A stretch of DNA of 64,000 nt from Candidatus Scatonaster coprocaballi (lineage in GTDB: Bacteria > Bacillota > Clostridia > Saccharofermentanales > Saccharofermentanaceae): positions 9,206 to 73,205 of the forward strand of contig JAGHVD010000013.1 in NCBI GenBank assembly GCA_018064475.1, given 5' to 3'. The position numbers were made by a program, and so were the translations under genes. The notes beneath the pieces are model-generated. The model searched no databases and was not told where the DNA came from. It saw only the letters and a program-made list of their open reading frames with translations. Positions 61,573-64,000 of the stretch are shown in pieces. Each line of letters begins with the position of its first letter. The stretch's first letter is position 1.

Positions 61573-61911
61573 ATGAAATTGAATCAGCATCTGGACGCTT
61601 GGAAAGCATGTTTCAAATACCCATGTCCTAGAATCGATCTGTCCAAACTTCGACAGAAAGCCCAGTCGGCCGTGATTACTAAGGAAGTCTACGATAGTCT
61701 TGTGCCACTATCGAACAAGCATCCAGTTACGAATCCCAATCCTTACAAAGGCATCGCTTTTCGCTCGAAGTCTGAACGGGAGATGGCGGAGTATTTGGAT
61801 TCAGTAGGCATTGAGTACAAATATGAGCCGCTCATGCATATTGGCGCCGAGAACATTGTTATTAAACAGGAAGAAGAGGTCGGAAGTGGCAACGCTCCTT
61901 CCAAAAGATAA
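61573..61911 (+). CDS. short ORF resembling the N-terminal part of a phage-type (DUF1064-like) small nuclease; possibly a truncated remnant
   Basis: ...YKGIAFRSKSEREMAEYLDSVGIEYKYEPL... resembles the G-I-x-F-D/R-S-K-x-E block of DUF1064-like proteins. The ORF ends prematurely and has no good RBS. Confidence 0.25.
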   Translation: MKLNQHLDAWKACFKYPCPRIDLSKLRQKAQSAVITKEVYDSLVPLSNKHPVTNPNPYKGIAFRSKSEREMAEYLDSVGIEYKYEPLMHIGAENIVIKQEEEVGSGNAPSKR

Positions 61912-62105
61912 GAGACGGCTCTTTCTAATGAAAATCGTTTGCCGTGAAAAACACCTCAAAATGGAAGATTTCATCGATTTTTCTTTCTTTTGGTATGAAA
62001 TGTAATTGTAATAATGACGATTCTGTTGTAGAATTTTATCGGTGCGATTTTGTGCACAATTTCATTAACAATCCCCATTCGGGGAAAATATAGGAGGATT
62101 TTAAC

Positions 62106-63139
62106 ATGGCAGTTAAAGTTGCAATCAATGGTTTTGGTCGTATCGGCCGTCTTGCTTTCCGCCAGATGTTCGGCGCTGAGGGTTATGAGGTAGTTGCTAT
62201 CAACGATCTTACAAAGCCTTCTATGCTTGCTCATCTTCTGAAGTATGACACAGCTCAGGGCGGTTACGCTGGCGTTTTCGGCGAGAACAAGCACACAGTA
62301 TCCGCTGATGACGAAGCAAACACAATCACAGTAGACGGTAAGACTCTGAAGATCTACAAAGAGTCCGATGCTAACAATTGCCCTTGGGGTGAGCTCGGTG
62401 TAGACGTAGTTCTCGAGTGCACAGGTTTCTATACATCTAAGGAGAAGTCCCAGGCTCATATCAATGCTGGTGCAAAGAAGGTTGTTATCTCTGCTCCTGC
62501 TGGAAACGATCTCCCGACAATCGTTTACAACGTTAACCACACAACACTGACAGCTGATGACAAGATCATCTCTGCTGCTTCTTGCACAACAAACTGCTTG
62601 GCTCCAATGACAAAGGCTCTCAATGATTACGCTGCTATCCAGAGCGGTATCATGACAACTGTTCACGCTTACACAGGTGACCAGATGATCCTCGACGGCC
62701 CGCAGAGAAAGGGTGACCTCCAGAGAGCAAGAGCTGGTGCTGCAAACATCGTTCCGAACTCCACAGGTGCTGCTAAGGCTATCGGTCTTGTTATCCCTGA
62801 GCTCAACGGTAAGCTCATCGGCGCTGCTCAGCGTGTTCCTACACCAACAGGTTCTACAACAATCCTGCACGCTGTTGTTAAGGGTGAGGTACAGTTGATG
62901 GTATCAACGCTGCTATGAAGGCTGCTACAAACGAGTCTTTCGGTTACACAGAAGAGAAGCTCGTTTCTTCTGACATCATCGGTATGAAGTTCGGTTCTCT
63001 CTTCGATGCTAACCAGACAATGGTTGCTAAGATGGATGACGGCAACTCCCTCGTACAGGTTGTTTCCTGGTACGACAACGAGAACTCCTACACATCTCAG
63101 ATGGTTCGTACAATCAAGTACTTCGCAGAGCTCGGCTAA
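62106..63139 (+). pseudogene. gap: glyceraldehyde-3-phosphate dehydrogenase interrupted by a single-base frameshift near 62893-62898
   Basis: N-terminal NAD motif [10 protein letters not shown], active site SCTTNCLAP. The frame breaks after VKGEV. Restoring one A in gaggtaAcagttgat gives ...[21 protein letters not shown]..., continuous with ORF 62915..63139 (...[24 protein letters not shown]). Confidence 0.8.
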
Positions 63140-63225
63140 TTCTTACCGATACTTGCAAGTGCTGGTTGCCGGAAGTTCACTTCCGGGGATCCTCGCAAAA
63201 ACGACAAACAGAAAACTCGCTCGGA

Positions 63226-63249
63226 TGCAAATCCGGGCGAGTTTTTTTC
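63226..63249 (+). terminator. rho-independent terminator downstream of gap
   Basis: tcgctcgga tgcaaa tccgggcga stem followed by gttttttt. A second hairpin ccggaagt tcac ttccgg lies at 63169..63186. Confidence 0.65.
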
Positions 63250-63323
63250 TATGCGCTAGAAGCACTTCTATACGGTAAAAACACTCCTGAGCGGTAGAAG
63301 CACTTTCAAATACGTGGTTTGGA

Positions 63324-63716
63324 TTACATCATGCCGCCAAAGTCGTTGAAGTCATCGTTGGAAGGTTGTTCCCAGATGGGACGAGTGGCGGTTGGAATCT
63401 CGTCGATTGGGGTTACCGGAGCATTCTTGTTGTTGGGATTGATGTATTTCTCGGGAACAAGTCTTCTGGACATGTCGTCCAAACCTTCCTTCTGGATTGC
63501 AGTCGTGAGTGGCTTGAAAGCCTGTATACTGTCATTTTCGGAAGAATGTTCCGCAGAGGGGGCTTCCTGAACGTTCGACTGAATCGGCACATAGCAAGAT
63601 ACTAGGTCTCTGGAGTCTTTCGGGATTGCGTTGATTTGGTAAGAGGAGAACTCTTCATCCTGTAGCAGGACACTGAAGGTCTCTTCAGCATAAATCAGAC
63701 TTTCAGGGATAGGCAC
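63324..63716 (-). CDS. hypothetical acidic protein
   Basis: Open frame only. No recognisable motif. Confidence 0.3.
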   Translation of the reverse strand: MPIPESLIYAEETFSVLLQDEEFSSYQINAIPKDSRDLVSCYVPIQSNVQEAPSAEHSSENDSIQAFKPLTTAIQKEGLDDMSRRLVPEKYINPNNKNAPVTPIDEIPTATRPIWEQPSNDDFNDFGGMM

Positions 63717-63737
63717 ATTGTCTTCCTGAAAATAAAT

Positions 63738-63941
63738 CTATACTTCGAAAGAGTCATGTATAAGCCCGTCTATGAGGGCGTTCTTGTCAAAGCTGTTGTG
63801 GCGTTTAACAAGCGCGGAGAGGAGAAAGAATACGGCGGTAGCAGCAATCATGGTGCCGATGGCGATGTCGCAGATCCAGATAAACATATCGCTTACCATC
63901 CTCGTATTATTAGATTTGTAGTTTTTATAGACCCTCATCAA
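63738..63941 (-). CDS. hypothetical small membrane protein
   Basis: Single TM segment (GTMIAATAVFFLLSALV). Open frame only. Confidence 0.25.
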   Translation of the reverse strand: MMRVYKNYKSNNTRMVSDMFIWICDIAIGTMIAATAVFFLLSALVKRHNSFDKNALIDGLIHDSFEV

Positions 63942-64000
63942 GGTCGTATAATTGCTAACAGACGCTGTGGATTAGTCTTCACCTCCTAACGCTTTGACGT

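Noticed and set aside
59414-61609. 731-aa ORF on the minus strand antisense to metG
   Set aside because: It is entirely contained within the strongly supported metG gene. It has no RBS and the translation is low complexity. It is a shadow ORF.
61971-62870. 299-aa minus-strand ORF antisense to gap
   Set aside because: It overlaps the clearly recognisable GAPDH coding sequence. The translation is Cys/Ser/Val-rich nonsense typical of antisense frames.
1-64000. CRISPR arrays, rRNA genes, integrase or transposase genes
   Set aside because: No regularly spaced direct repeats, no rRNA-like conserved stretches, and no ORF with recombinase or transposase motifs were found on either strand.

Overview
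The window reads as a roughly 50% GC Firmicutes (Clostridia-like) chromosomal segment on both strands. Most of it is housekeeping backbone. One end carries the 3' portion of a PcrA/UvrD helicase. Then come two HD-domain nucleotide hydrolases, a cell-envelope cluster (membrane-anchored glucosaminidase-like hydrolase, cadherin-like surface protein, GtrA), folC, thrC, prfC (minus strand), an NYN-LOTUS protein, malQ, glpK and an AEC permease. Further on are a GH1 beta-glucosidase, a GT4 glycosyltransferase, two membrane EAL/degenerate-GGDEF proteins, cardiolipin synthase, a two-domain PPK2, an aconitase-family hydratase, an NfeD-flotillin pair, an aquaporin, an MBL hydrolase, a MATE pump, T-box-regulated metG and a frameshifted gap gene.

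Three things stand out against this background:
1. An uncharacterised protein family with four paralogs: N-terminal CxxC zinc ribbons followed by conserved IPF-TKE-A, Y-V/I-P and P-x-W-F ... NGQ-N/T-G blocks. Two are soluble giants on the + strand (1304 and 525 aa) sharing a C-terminal Y-D-P-D/N-G-P-x-P-F tail, one of them with a ~900-aa low-complexity region. The other two are on the minus strand, each ending in two TM helices and each followed by a paralogous small single-pass membrane protein (a tandemly duplicated two-gene module). The two paralog groups sit in inverted orientation around a lipid/polyphosphate/c-di-GMP gene block.
2. Two visibly AT-rich accessory islands. One (~12.2-13.95 kb) is bounded by ~38-bp inverted repeats with hairpin cores and carries two hypothetical genes. 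The other (~42.25-45.52 kb) is bounded by an intact alpha/beta-hydrolase gene and a divergent remnant of the same gene's 3' end.
3. An NfeD-flotillin operon in which the NfeD protein carries a ~80-residue His/Asp-rich (G-H-D-x)n repeat.

No tRNA, rRNA, CRISPR array, integrase or transposase gene was recognised.
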